Shown piece by piece: positions 1 through 8,520 of a stretch of 20,836 bases of DNA (position 1 is its first letter; each line of letters starts with the position of its first letter). The notes beneath the pieces are model-generated. The model was not told where the DNA came from. It worked only from the letters and a program-made list of their open reading frames with translations, and made no database searches. The stretch covers positions 1 to 20,836 of the forward strand of contig JAKPMO010000020.1 in the NCBI GenBank assembly GCA_029548865.1, in the 5' to 3' direction. The stretch comes from Caldisericota bacterium. GTDB lineage: Bacteria > Caldisericota > Caldisericia > JAAYUI01. A program made the translations under genes and the position numbers.

Positions 1-1085
1 CAAAGATCATGAGATTCATATCAAGAGACTTCAACCATGGTTCACTCACAAACACCATGTCCCAGAACCTCTACATCCACTGCTACAACAACCCCATAGG
101 CTACAAAGACCCCTCTGGCTTCTCACCCTCCTGTGGTGGACACAGCAGTTTCAAGGGGAATAATGATACCGGAGAAAGCTCGATGCCAGAGGATAATAAT
201 GATATTTTATCAACTAATGACCCCTCCTATTATATTCAAGACAACGCCATGGAAGAAACATGGAAATTCTGTTTAGAGAATAATATTTTCAAAGATACTA
301 AAGAAGATATGGAAAAATTTGTATCCTTATGGAATCAAGCAAATAATGTTAGGACAAGGATGCAAAAATATGGCGGTACGGATGATAAATATGATATGAA
401 GATTGCTTTCTGGACCTGTTACTGGAATGATAAAGCTAAGTTGGGGCTTGAAGGAACAGAGCTGGTTTCGATGGCGAATTTAATGAAAGGGATAATGTAT
501 GAAGAGTCAACAATGGGTGCCACTGCACATCATAATGAAGGCTTAATGCAAGTCAATACATTTGGCGCGATGTCCGAAACACATTGGGTAGAAGATGGTT
601 TTTATAAGAAATGGAATGGACGTCTTGGCGAAGATGATAACGCAGGTATATATGCAGGTATAGCCCATTGGTGCATGGATTATAGCGGTTTTGCGTTTGG
701 TCCGGATCAATTAAACAGAGATTTTAATGATTTTATTGGAGATATCAAAAGTGGCAAAAATCCAATTCACAATAAAAGCATATGGAAGAAAGCCACTTAC
801 AGATATGGCGCTGGAAGTGATAATGATCAAAGAATAAAAGCTATTGATCCCAATCTTAATTATAGCGATCTAGTTTTTGATCTCGTAGAAAAAGGAAGGG
901 ATCCGCATTTCCATCAGGAAGGCAGCAGATGGGTAAGAAATACAAGTCAGGTTTGGAATACAAAAAGAGGAACTGGCATCAATATGTACAACCCTGTGAT
1001 ATATGAAGAAATATATAAGAGGCAGGATTTAACAGCAAAACAGAAGAATGAATTGATGAATGATGCAAATATTGATTTGCCATGA
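1..1085 (+). CDS. RHS repeat-associated core protein, 5'-truncated by window edge; C-terminal lytic transglycosylase/lysozyme-like toxin domain
   Basis: Frame is open to the window edge: KIMRFISRD...SQNLYIHCYNNPIGYKDPSG matches the RHS core end (RFxxxD...NLYxYxxNNPxxxxDPxG; DPSG at 108-119). Downstream SLT-like motifs: MKGIMYEES (E at 504-506), GLMQV (540-554), WKKATYRYGAG (~783-815). Confidence 0.85.
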   Translation, partial: KIMRFISRDFNHGSLTNTMSQNLYIHCYNNPIGYKDPSGFSPSCGGHSSFKGNNDTGESSMPEDNNDILSTNDPSYYIQDNAMEETWKFCLENNIFKDTKEDMEKFVSLWNQANNVRTRMQKYGGTDDKYDMKIAFWTCYWNDKAKLGLEGTELVSMANLMKGIMYEESTMGATAHHNEGLMQVNTFGAMSETHWVEDGFYKKWNGRLGEDDNAGIYAGIAHWCMDYSGFAFGPDQLNRDFNDFIGDIKSGKNPIHNKSIWKKATYRYGAGSDNDQRIKAIDPNLNYSDLVFDLVEKGRDPHFHQEGSRWVRNTSQVWNTKRGTGINMYNPVIYEEIYKRQDLTAKQKNELMNDANIDLP

Positions 1086-1099
1086 AGGAGGTGCAAGCA

Positions 1100-2437
1100 A
1101 TGTTCAAAATGAGGTCGCATTATTATGGTATTTTGAAAATTACAGCTTTAGCAATAATCATTGCCCAATCTGCTTGTGGTGGCAACAATTTAAATAAGAT
1201 TGAGAGCATACCGTTGGTCAATAATAATTCTGAAAAGGTAAAAACAATCTCTCCCCAAGAGTATAATCCTGAATCGTACTTTAGTTTTATTCCTACAGAA
1301 AAATTGTCGGAATGGGCTCCTAAAAATAACAAAACCATCAATGAAAAAATTTCAGCACAGTGGGTGCCGAAGAAGTTTTTTGGTAAAAACAAACTTGAAA
1401 TGCGATGGTCTCATCAAATAACAACAGAAGGATCAAATCCTAGATATTCTCCTACGATCAGTTTGCCAACAGGTTGGTTGATAAACTATCAGGCAAAAGC
1501 TGATGGCCAGAAATTGCATGCAATGATAAATCCAGAAAATGGGGAAATAAACAGTTTAGATGAAACACTGTGCGGTGGACAAACTGATGGCAAATATGTT
1601 TTTGGCTATAGCCAAACCGTAGTGGGCAAAGCAGTTTGTTGGGACCTAAACAATCAGGAGATTTACTGGGAAGGTATGATGGGTTATTTAGACAATCCAT
1701 TAATGATAGTCAACGATAAATTGATAGCTATAAATGGTGATGATTTGATGACAAACAGAGTGATGAGTGGTGATCCTGAAACTGGGAAAATATTGTGGAT
1801 GCTTGAAGGAAAACAAGGATTAAACATATCAAGTTGGACAATTCAGGGCAACAAACTTTGGGCTGTCATCGAAAATGGAGAGTTATATGAAATCAATCTG
1901 GAAGATGGCCATCACAAGAAAATTGCTCTATCCAACAAATCACAACCTTTGGGAATAGAATCTAGCAACAATTGCATATGGATATTCTACTCCGATGGTT
2001 ATTTAATTTCATATGATGCTGATAGCTTCTCTACAAAAAGTGAGGCAAGGATAGGGCGAGAACTCGGAGAGCCAGAATTACTCGAACTAAATCTGGATTC
2101 GTTTGATAACCATCTCCTTCTCTCTATCAAATCCTATAAAACCTATAAGAAAGAATATCATCTAATATATGAAACAAACCCTCCAAAAGTAAAAATGCTT
2201 GAGCAGATTGAAAATGAGCCAGTTTGCTGGCCACCGTGCCCAACTTGGGTGGTGTTGAACGGGGCGCTAGTTAACCAGTCCAATGGCCAAATCAAAGAGG
2301 TGGATCCAAGCACATTGGAAAACATTTGGTGGATTGATGAAAAAGATGTCGGACCAAATCCAAGGGTCAATATTCTTGACTGGCGAGGAGTTTGCGTTAT
2401 CTCTGATACCAAAATAATGTGCTTTGGCCCAAAATAA
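1100..2437 (+). CDS. Lipoprotein with PQQ-like/BamB-type beta-propeller repeats; candidate immunity protein (445 aa)
   Basis: AAGGAGGT SD at 1085-1092 before ATG 1100. Signal peptide ending IIIAQSA-C. Propeller-type W motifs: DLNNQEIYW, DPETGKILW, DPSTLENIWW. Lies immediately after the RHS toxin gene. Confidence 0.75.
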   Translation: MFKMRSHYYGILKITALAIIIAQSACGGNNLNKIESIPLVNNNSEKVKTISPQEYNPESYFSFIPTEKLSEWAPKNNKTINEKISAQWVPKKFFGKNKLEMRWSHQITTEGSNPRYSPTISLPTGWLINYQAKADGQKLHAMINPENGEINSLDETLCGGQTDGKYVFGYSQTVVGKAVCWDLNNQEIYWEGMMGYLDNPLMIVNDKLIAINGDDLMTNRVMSGDPETGKILWMLEGKQGLNISSWTIQGNKLWAVIENGELYEINLEDGHHKKIALSNKSQPLGIESSNNCIWIFYSDGYLISYDADSFSTKSEARIGRELGEPELLELNLDSFDNHLLLSIKSYKTYKKEYHLIYETNPPKVKMLEQIENEPVCWPPCPTWVVLNGALVNQSNGQIKEVDPSTLENIWWIDEKDVGPNPRVNILDWRGVCVISDTKIMCFGPK

Positions 2438-2628
2438 TTAACCTCCAATCAGTCCTGGCGTCCCCTCCCTCCACTTTTGAAGATGCCCTGGCAGAATTTT
2501 GCTGGACGAATCAGCATTGAAGTTTGCCGTAATATTGAAAAAATCATGCCAATTTTCAGGATTGAGAAAATATCTCCTCCACGTAGGGGAGAATGTTTCA
2601 ATGTAGAAGAAAACTCAAACATCTAGTG

Positions 2629-2634
2629 TATAAT
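2629..2634 (+). promoter_or_regulatory. -10 element upstream of GNAT gene
   Basis: Perfect TATAAT about 95 nt upstream of the likely TTG start; no convincing -35. Confidence 0.4.
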
Positions 2635-2727
2635 AATTTGTATGAGAAGAATGAGTTTCATTCAACGATAAAGAAAGGCATTTTGAAACTGGCACGATCC
2701 AATTTTGAAACATTTGGGGTGAACAAA

Positions 2728-3318
2728 TTGAATATTGTAAAAACACATTGCATAACTCTTTTTGGAAAAACTGACAAATATGATATAGTCCTAAAACCTT
2801 TAAATGATGAGCATCTTCCGCTTTTATACAAATGGTGTGCGGACCCCGAGGTCCTATATTGGACTGAGGGTGGTGAAGATGCCGATCTTTCCTATGACAA
2901 GGAGACGGTACATGCTATCTATGGTGGAGTTTCGCAGAACGCATACTGTTTTCTGATAGAGGCAAACGGCGTTCCCATTGGAGAGGGCTGGCTTCAAAAG
3001 ATGAATTTGCCTGAAATTCTGGCCATGTATCCAAAAACGCTTGATGTCCGAAGGATCGACATGTCTATTGGCGAAAAAGACTATTGGAACCAGGGTATCG
3101 GATCGCAGTTCGTACACATGATGGTTGAATTTGCTTTTGCTAGCGAACATGTTGATGTTTTGCACTGCATATGCGGGGGCTACAACAAACGCAGCCAACG
3201 TGTGTTTGAGAAAAATGGTTTTACCCTCATGCAGATGGATGGACCACCCCAACCACAAGAGGAACAGATTGAATATCACTATATACTTACAGCACCAGAA
3301 TATTTTAGACAAAAATAG
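2728..3318 (+). CDS. GNAT family N-acetyltransferase (RimJ/AAC(6')-like, 196 aa)
   Basis: Acetyl-CoA motif IDMSIGEKDYWNQGIGS and C-terminal NKRSQRVFEKNGF. Likely start is TTG 2728 behind GGGGTG SD (2716-2721) rather than ATG 2593. Confidence 0.85.
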   Translation: MNIVKTHCITLFGKTDKYDIVLKPLNDEHLPLLYKWCADPEVLYWTEGGEDADLSYDKETVHAIYGGVSQNAYCFLIEANGVPIGEGWLQKMNLPEILAMYPKTLDVRRIDMSIGEKDYWNQGIGSQFVHMMVEFAFASEHVDVLHCICGGYNKRSQRVFEKNGFTLMQMDGPPQPQEEQIEYHYILTAPEYFRQK

Positions 3319-3348
3319 GGATCAAGATATGTATCCCAATCCCTATTT
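3313..3348. terminator. Possible bidirectional hairpin between convergent genes
   Basis: 10-bp inverted repeat AAATAGGGAT (3313-3322) / ATCCCTATTT (3339-3348) with a 16-nt loop; each arm contains one gene's TAG stop. Confidence 0.35.
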
Positions 3349-3600
3349 ATAGACAATCTTCCGTATAGTTTCCGGTGAAAGAAAATATTCATCGGCAAGT
3401 TCGTCTACGCTTACTTTGTGGGAGAATTTATACCGGATTTCCTCGTTTCTCTGGGCAAAAAATCTTCTTGCACCAGAATTGTCGCCCCATTTCTTTCGTT
3501 CCTTATCTAATGGGATATACAATGATTCACCTGAAATATATTTCTGTACTTCCTGCAGAAGCTCATCAGGCAATATATCGGCTGCATTTTTATATTTCAT
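3343..3600 (-). CDS. CD3324-family / Mor-like small HTH protein (85 aa)
   Basis: MKYKNAADILPDELLQEVQKYISGESLYIP N-terminus and RNEEIR...SVDELADEYFLSPETIRKIVY HTH typical of this family. Confidence 0.85.
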   Translation of the reverse strand: MKYKNAADILPDELLQEVQKYISGESLYIPLDKERKKWGDNSGARRFFAQRNEEIRYKFSHKVSVDELADEYFLSPETIRKIVYK

Positions 3601-3618
3601 TGTAAATTTGCTGGTGTC

Positions 3619-4659
3619 CTATGAATTTTTCTTTATAAAATCTTCTACCGAGTCATACTTGTCCAATATAACGCCCTGTTCCTCGATTTTTCCAACAATA
3701 TACTTTTCAAGTTGCTCGGTGTGATTGTGGAAAACCGTTAAATCCTTCGAGCTGAATTTGCCAAGCAAATCCATTTCATCAAGACCGAATTCTTCTTTGA
3801 CTATATCAAGCTCTGATTGAAGGAAACAGCCCCACATAAAGCTTTTTACCTTACCATTCTGATCGCACCAGTAATAGATTCTTCTCCATGTATAGCTAAG
3901 TTCCTGATACCAATTTGCCAAATCTTTAAAATTTTTGTTGTAGTTTCTATTTTTGGTACAGGGTTTTTTTGCATTCAAAAATTTCCGTGTATTGTAAATC
4001 ATTTTGTGACACAATTTTTTCAATTCATCTACAGAATCAGCATTAACAATAGCTTCATAAGTCCCAATAAAATCCTTAGGTATACTTTTCATTGCCGATA
4101 GATCTGAAATTTGGTTTGTCTGCCCATTTTTAAAGTATGTCTGGTTTGAAAAAGCAACAGCTATAGATAGGAAATCGGCAATATACCCTGACGCTTTTCT
4201 TACCTTGCCTATGGATTCCTCAAACATCATTGTTTGATATATTTCCATTGCTACATTCATTTTTTCAAGAGCTTTCTTAAACATAAACTCCCTATTTTGC
4301 AAATTTTCTTGCAGTTTTGTTTGTAATGCGACAAAGCGCTTTTCATCTTCCGGATTCCTGCAATATAGTATTTGCACATCCCCCAAACAGGATGTGTTGT
4401 TGTCATCCAGATTGGATAACCTTTCCAATCGTCCCCAGGACATTGGAAATAAATCATAACCTATACCATTAATGATGAAGGTTTTTGCAAACCCATATGC
4501 ATTTTCCGTGGCAGGAACAAAATAGCTCATTGACATACCCGCCATATCCTTTTCCAGTTTCAAGGTGTCATGCGCCACCAACAGACATATATCATCTTTG
4601 TATTCTTTCTCAATTTTTGCCAATGCCCAGTCAATTAATTTCTCATTTATCGTCTTCAT
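3619..4659 (-). CDS. Hypothetical protein, probable nucleotidyltransferase-like (KNTase-type) fold with degenerate active site (346 aa)
   Basis: SD AAAGGTGG before ATG. N-terminal helix-IEKEYKDDICLLV-strand pattern and GIGYDLFPMSW followed by a helical domain resemble Pol-beta NTase + helical bundle proteins; the canonical GS/DxD motifs are not visible. Confidence 0.55.
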   Translation of the reverse strand: MKTINEKLIDWALAKIEKEYKDDICLLVAHDTLKLEKDMAGMSMSYFVPATENAYGFAKTFIINGIGYDLFPMSWGRLERLSNLDDNNTSCLGDVQILYCRNPEDEKRFVALQTKLQENLQNREFMFKKALEKMNVAMEIYQTMMFEESIGKVRKASGYIADFLSIAVAFSNQTYFKNGQTNQISDLSAMKSIPKDFIGTYEAIVNADSVDELKKLCHKMIYNTRKFLNAKKPCTKNRNYNKNFKDLANWYQELSYTWRRIYYWCDQNGKVKSFMWGCFLQSELDIVKEEFGLDEMDLLGKFSSKDLTVFHNHTEQLEKYIVGKIEEQGVILDKYDSVEDFIKKNS

Positions 4660-4703
4660 ATTGAAATTCCACCTTTCAGATAGTTTGGGTTGCTTACGAC
4701 CAA

Positions 4704-4732
4704 ATTCTATATTGGATAAAAAAATGTTTCAA
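4704..4732 (-). promoter_or_regulatory. Sigma70-type promoter for the 4659-3343 operon
   Basis: Minus strand TTGAAA (4732-4727) - 17 nt - TAGAAT (4709-4704), about 45 nt upstream of ATG 4659. Confidence 0.65.
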
Positions 4733-4931
4733 TGCCAAGATCTCTTCTAAAAATTCTCTACCAGACATTAAAGATGGTATTTTTTGCTTTGTTTATATTG
4801 GTAATCCACTATTCATGGCATCGATTCCACTCATGCTGCAAATTATGGCGGTGTTTTGTCAAAATTGTTTGTTTTTAAAAGTTTCAATTCACAAACATTC
4901 AAAAAGATGTCCCAAAACAATTCTCCCAAGT

Positions 4932-4960
4932 TTGGTTTTTTTGATTAAACCGCATAAAAT
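4932..4960 (+). promoter_or_regulatory. Putative sigma70 promoter giving a leaderless hydrolase mRNA
   Basis: TTGGTT (4932-4937) - 17 nt - TAAAAT (4955-4960), then 7 nt to GTG 4968; no SD. Confidence 0.4.
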
Positions 4961-4967
4961 CCCCAGT

Positions 4968-7151
4968 GTGAAGTCGAATAGAATATTGATAATCATTCTA
5001 ACAATCATCCTCGTGCTGGTGCCGTTTGGGCCGGCTCCCAGAAAAACAGATGCGGCGTCATATTATATCGGTGGCAGGCTGGTGCCTGGCCCTCTCCCGC
5101 CTTCGTTTTATGCCCCTTTGCCACCACTGAATGTCAGGCTGAACCTGAACTACGCCGGCTCGGCAAATAGGTGGCAGACACTGGATTTTGCAAAGCCCGT
5201 CATGTGCGCGTCTCAAAAAGTCCCGGTCATTGCTTATGTCCACGGTGGATGGTGGCTGGGTGGGAGCAAAACAGGCGCAATCTATTCCATGCCGGCCAGG
5301 CTTGCATACCAGCTTGGTTTTGCTGTTGTCTCGATCGAGTACAGGCTCGCCTCGTCCACAAACCACCACCCAAACCTGATAAATGACTGCAAGCTGGCAA
5401 TCAGATATCTGAGGGCAAATGCTGACATGCTTGGCATTGACCCAAACAGGATTGGCATCTGGGGCGGTTCGGCTGGTGGCCACCTTGTTTCACTGATGGG
5501 AACAGCAGGAGATGACGATGGGCTGGAGGGTCCGGGATTTGAGGGCTATTCGAGCAGGCCAAATGCTGTTGTCGACCAGTGCGGCATTGAAGATCTTACA
5601 AAACCTTGGGACAATACCTCAAGAATGGTTTTCGGCATTTTCCTCGGGTGCGCATACAATGTTTGCACAGACAAGGCGCAGGAGGCCTCCCCTGTGTACC
5701 AGGCCAGCCCTGATGACCCACCAATCATGATCATGCATGGTGACCATGACAATGTCGTTTCATACACGCAGGCTGAAGAGTTTGCCAGAGCCTTGAAAGC
5801 AAATGGTAATAACGGGTCTTTTATCAGGATAGTCAATGGAAACCACGGTTTTGGATCGTACAACGGCCGTGACCTTGTGTCACCAAACTGGACTGTGCAA
5901 AATCGTCTCGTAATTTCCCATCTGGCAAGATTTATTGAGCCGGGGCTGATGTGCGACCTGAACATGGACGGAAGGGTTGACCAGAGGGATGCAGATGAGC
6001 TTTGGATTCATCTTGGCGAGTCAGGTTTTGGCCCGAATGCTGAACCGACAGTGGAATCATGGAACCCTCTTGCAGATATTCATCCTGATGGAAAAATCGA
6101 TTACAAGGACATCCAGAGCTTTTGTGGCCAAATTGCAAAACCTGTAACAGTCGAGAAAAAGGTCATCCTGCCAAAAAACAGCCAGAAGATATACGAATTT
6201 GACATCGAATTATCAAACAATGGCCCGCTTGGCGTTGGCAACATAACAATTACCGACTCTTTCCCGAAGGAGCTTGTTTTTGTGTCTTCTTCCCCTCAAG
6301 GGGCCCTCAAGGGCAACAAGATCATCATCGAAAACTTGTCCCTGCCAGCAAATTCAAAATTTACAGCAAGAATTCTCTTCAAATTGTCAGATGGCTACAA
6401 ACAGCCAGAAGAGGGCGCCATTTTATCAAACAGCGTCTCCATTTCCTCGCCCGATATTTTTAACATAGAAGATCAGGTGACTTTTGCACTGCCCGGGATA
6501 AGAATCAGAAAGACCTCAAAATCTTTCAATGTCGCAGAGGGTGGATTGGCAGTTTTTCAGGTGACCGTCACCAATCCAAGCGCCCGCAGACTCACAGGGG
6601 TTGAGGTCACAGACAGTTTCCCGCGAGAACTGGCTTTTATATCATCAAGACCCTCCGGTGTAGCCTCCAATAAATCAGTGAAATTTGAGGTCGGGGACCT
6701 TGGCCCCGGTGAATCCAGAATTTTCATGCTCAATTTCAGACTTCCCAAGCTCGCCTCAACAGGCGAGGGCCAAACCATCACAAATACTGCCTCTGCATCT
6801 TCAAATGAATTGCACCCTGTTTTTTCAAGCGCCAGCATTTTCTGCCCAAAGAAGGAGCAGGGTGGAGGAGAGCTGAATATTGATATTGTCTGGAAAGGGC
6901 CCGATTCAAAGGGGAGAATCGCTGTCGGAGAAGAGATCGAGATGACAATGCAGGTAACAGGTGGCAGTGCCCCTTATGATATCTCGATTGATTTTGGCGA
7001 CAGGACAAGAAAATTGTTCTCGCTTGATGGGGAAAGAGCAGTGGAGATTGCGCACTCTTACAGCGAACCAGGCGAATATGCTGTGAAGATTTCAGTTTCG
7101 GACGCTTATGGGCGCTCCAGGGTTGTTCAGCGAAAGATAATTGTCAAATAA
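4968..7151 (+). CDS. Secreted alpha/beta hydrolase (HSL/BD-FAE-like esterase) + dockerin-type duplicated EF loop + 2x DUF11 + PKD (727 aa)
   Basis: Signal peptide after GTG 4968. HGGWW oxyanion loop, GGSAGG nucleophile elbow, HGDHDNVV Asp, NGNHGF His. DLNMDGRVDQRD / DIHPDGKIDYKD dockerin loops. Two 'N...TDSFP.EL.F.SS' DUF11 repeats. DFGD...HSYSEPGEY PKD motif. Confidence 0.85.
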   Translation: MKSNRILIIILTIILVLVPFGPAPRKTDAASYYIGGRLVPGPLPPSFYAPLPPLNVRLNLNYAGSANRWQTLDFAKPVMCASQKVPVIAYVHGGWWLGGSKTGAIYSMPARLAYQLGFAVVSIEYRLASSTNHHPNLINDCKLAIRYLRANADMLGIDPNRIGIWGGSAGGHLVSLMGTAGDDDGLEGPGFEGYSSRPNAVVDQCGIEDLTKPWDNTSRMVFGIFLGCAYNVCTDKAQEASPVYQASPDDPPIMIMHGDHDNVVSYTQAEEFARALKANGNNGSFIRIVNGNHGFGSYNGRDLVSPNWTVQNRLVISHLARFIEPGLMCDLNMDGRVDQRDADELWIHLGESGFGPNAEPTVESWNPLADIHPDGKIDYKDIQSFCGQIAKPVTVEKKVILPKNSQKIYEFDIELSNNGPLGVGNITITDSFPKELVFVSSSPQGALKGNKIIIENLSLPANSKFTARILFKLSDGYKQPEEGAILSNSVSISSPDIFNIEDQVTFALPGIRIRKTSKSFNVAEGGLAVFQVTVTNPSARRLTGVEVTDSFPRELAFISSRPSGVASNKSVKFEVGDLGPGESRIFMLNFRLPKLASTGEGQTITNTASASSNELHPVFSSASIFCPKKEQGGGELNIDIVWKGPDSKGRIAVGEEIEMTMQVTGGSAPYDISIDFGDRTRKLFSLDGERAVEIAHSYSEPGEYAVKISVSDAYGRSRVVQRKIIVK

Positions 7152-7182
7152 TTTGATTGCATTGAGTAATTAGATTTTTTCA

Positions 7183-8424
7183 TCAATCCTGGATTTTTAT
7201 GCGAAACCCGTAGATATCCCAGTCCAGGCCATTGTCTTCTGCCCAGACAATGTTGTCCCCGAAAATTCTAGCCCAGCATCTTTTGATTGGTTCCCTATCA
7301 TTTTGGCCTGTGATGTCAAAAATTTTCAGGTTGCCATTGCTGTCCATGATCGCCAATCTTACACCGGGTGTTTTGTACCATTGTTCATTTTCCGAGCGAC
7401 GATTCTCAATCCATACAATTTTCCTTCCAAAACCGCACTCGCTTACAATGCTGATGCAATCTTCCTGAAGCCACGGAGTGATGTCAAAAAGCATTGATTT
7501 TACTGGTTCAAAACCCATTAGCTTTTCTCTGCCGTTGTCAAAATTAAAGACTTTCACGACAAGAATCTCTGACTCAGGGCTAAACATAAGCGTGAGGAAA
7601 TAATCATCAGGATTGTTCCAGACATCAAAAGTTTCACCAGTCGAGATCTTGTGGCCTTTTATTTTTCCAAAAGAGTCCAGACTTAGTGAACAGGAGGTAT
7701 AGTATACATAGTCACCCTGTATCACAGGATTTTTCTCAAAAACCGCAGGATCTCCAATACTGTAGGTTATTTTTGTTTTTATGTCATACAACTTTATGTC
7801 TGAATCTGCGCCATCAAAAGACTCGTATGCCACCTTGCCATCATAAACCACGGGCCAGCACCACTGATCGTTGACAATAAAGTCGTATATGCGTGTTTTG
7901 CCTGATGGGTTTGTAATATCGGCGATATAGATTCCAGGATTTGAAACATCTGTTTCAGTCCATACAGCATATTTGTCCCAAATTGAAACACAATCTCTGG
8001 TTGCTGGGGTGTCCGAGATGGTAGTTGTGGTCTTGCTCTTGAAATTATATGCGGAAATCCAGCTGGAGCTGGAGGAGCAATTTGAATTTTTCAAAGTTAC
8101 GCAATAATCCTGGCCGATATAGCACAACTCGTCGGATGGAAATGAAGGCGCGCCATTCTTATCATCAAATATTGCTGAGAGCGATCCATCAGGGAGATTG
8201 AATGATTTTGCGCTGGTGATTCCGCCACTTTTTTCACTGAAAATTGCAAAATCTGAATTGATAAATGGCGAATACTCATCTGACGAGCTCCGCGCTATTG
8301 TAAATTCATCACCAAGAGAAATATTCATAGAAGAAGCTTTTGTGCCTGGACAGAGAAAACAGGCAGTGACGACTGTCAAAACAAGCAAGGATAATACTTT
8401 AATCTTTCCACCCCATGCCAACAT
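7183..8424 (-). CDS. Secreted TolB-like beta-propeller repeat protein (413 aa)
   Basis: AAGGAGG SD before ATG 8424; signal peptide. Repeats of the type PVVYDGKVAYES...DSDIKLYDI, PVIQGDYVYY, IFGDNIVWAEDNGLDWDIY. Confidence 0.75.
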   Translation of the reverse strand: MLAWGGKIKVLSLLVLTVVTACFLCPGTKASSMNISLGDEFTIARSSSDEYSPFINSDFAIFSEKSGGITSAKSFNLPDGSLSAIFDDKNGAPSFPSDELCYIGQDYCVTLKNSNCSSSSSWISAYNFKSKTTTTISDTPATRDCVSIWDKYAVWTETDVSNPGIYIADITNPSGKTRIYDFIVNDQWCWPVVYDGKVAYESFDGADSDIKLYDIKTKITYSIGDPAVFEKNPVIQGDYVYYTSCSLSLDSFGKIKGHKISTGETFDVWNNPDDYFLTLMFSPESEILVVKVFNFDNGREKLMGFEPVKSMLFDITPWLQEDCISIVSECGFGRKIVWIENRRSENEQWYKTPGVRLAIMDSNGNLKIFDITGQNDREPIKRCWARIFGDNIVWAEDNGLDWDIYGFRIKIQD

Positions 8425-8492
8425 ATTTTCCTCCTTTTGGGCAGGTATTCCCAATGACACATTTTATAGAAAGCATTTTCCAGAAATATAAA

Positions 8493-8510
8493 CAAAATGT
8501 CTACATTTTG
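8493..8510. promoter_or_regulatory. Palindromic operator candidate
   Basis: Perfect CAAAATGT-ct-ACATTTTG (8-2-8) in the intergenic region upstream of the propeller gene. Confidence 0.35.
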
Positions 8511-8520
8511 ACCATTTTTC

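Noticed and set aside
2483..2626. 47-aa ORF MPWQNFAGRISIEV... between the lipoprotein and GNAT genes
   Set aside because: No clear SD or recognisable motif; probably intergenic.
4815..4967. Longer N-terminus of the hydrolase ORF (ATG 4815)
   Set aside because: Extension is non-protein-like and would bury the signal peptide; GTG 4968 fits better.
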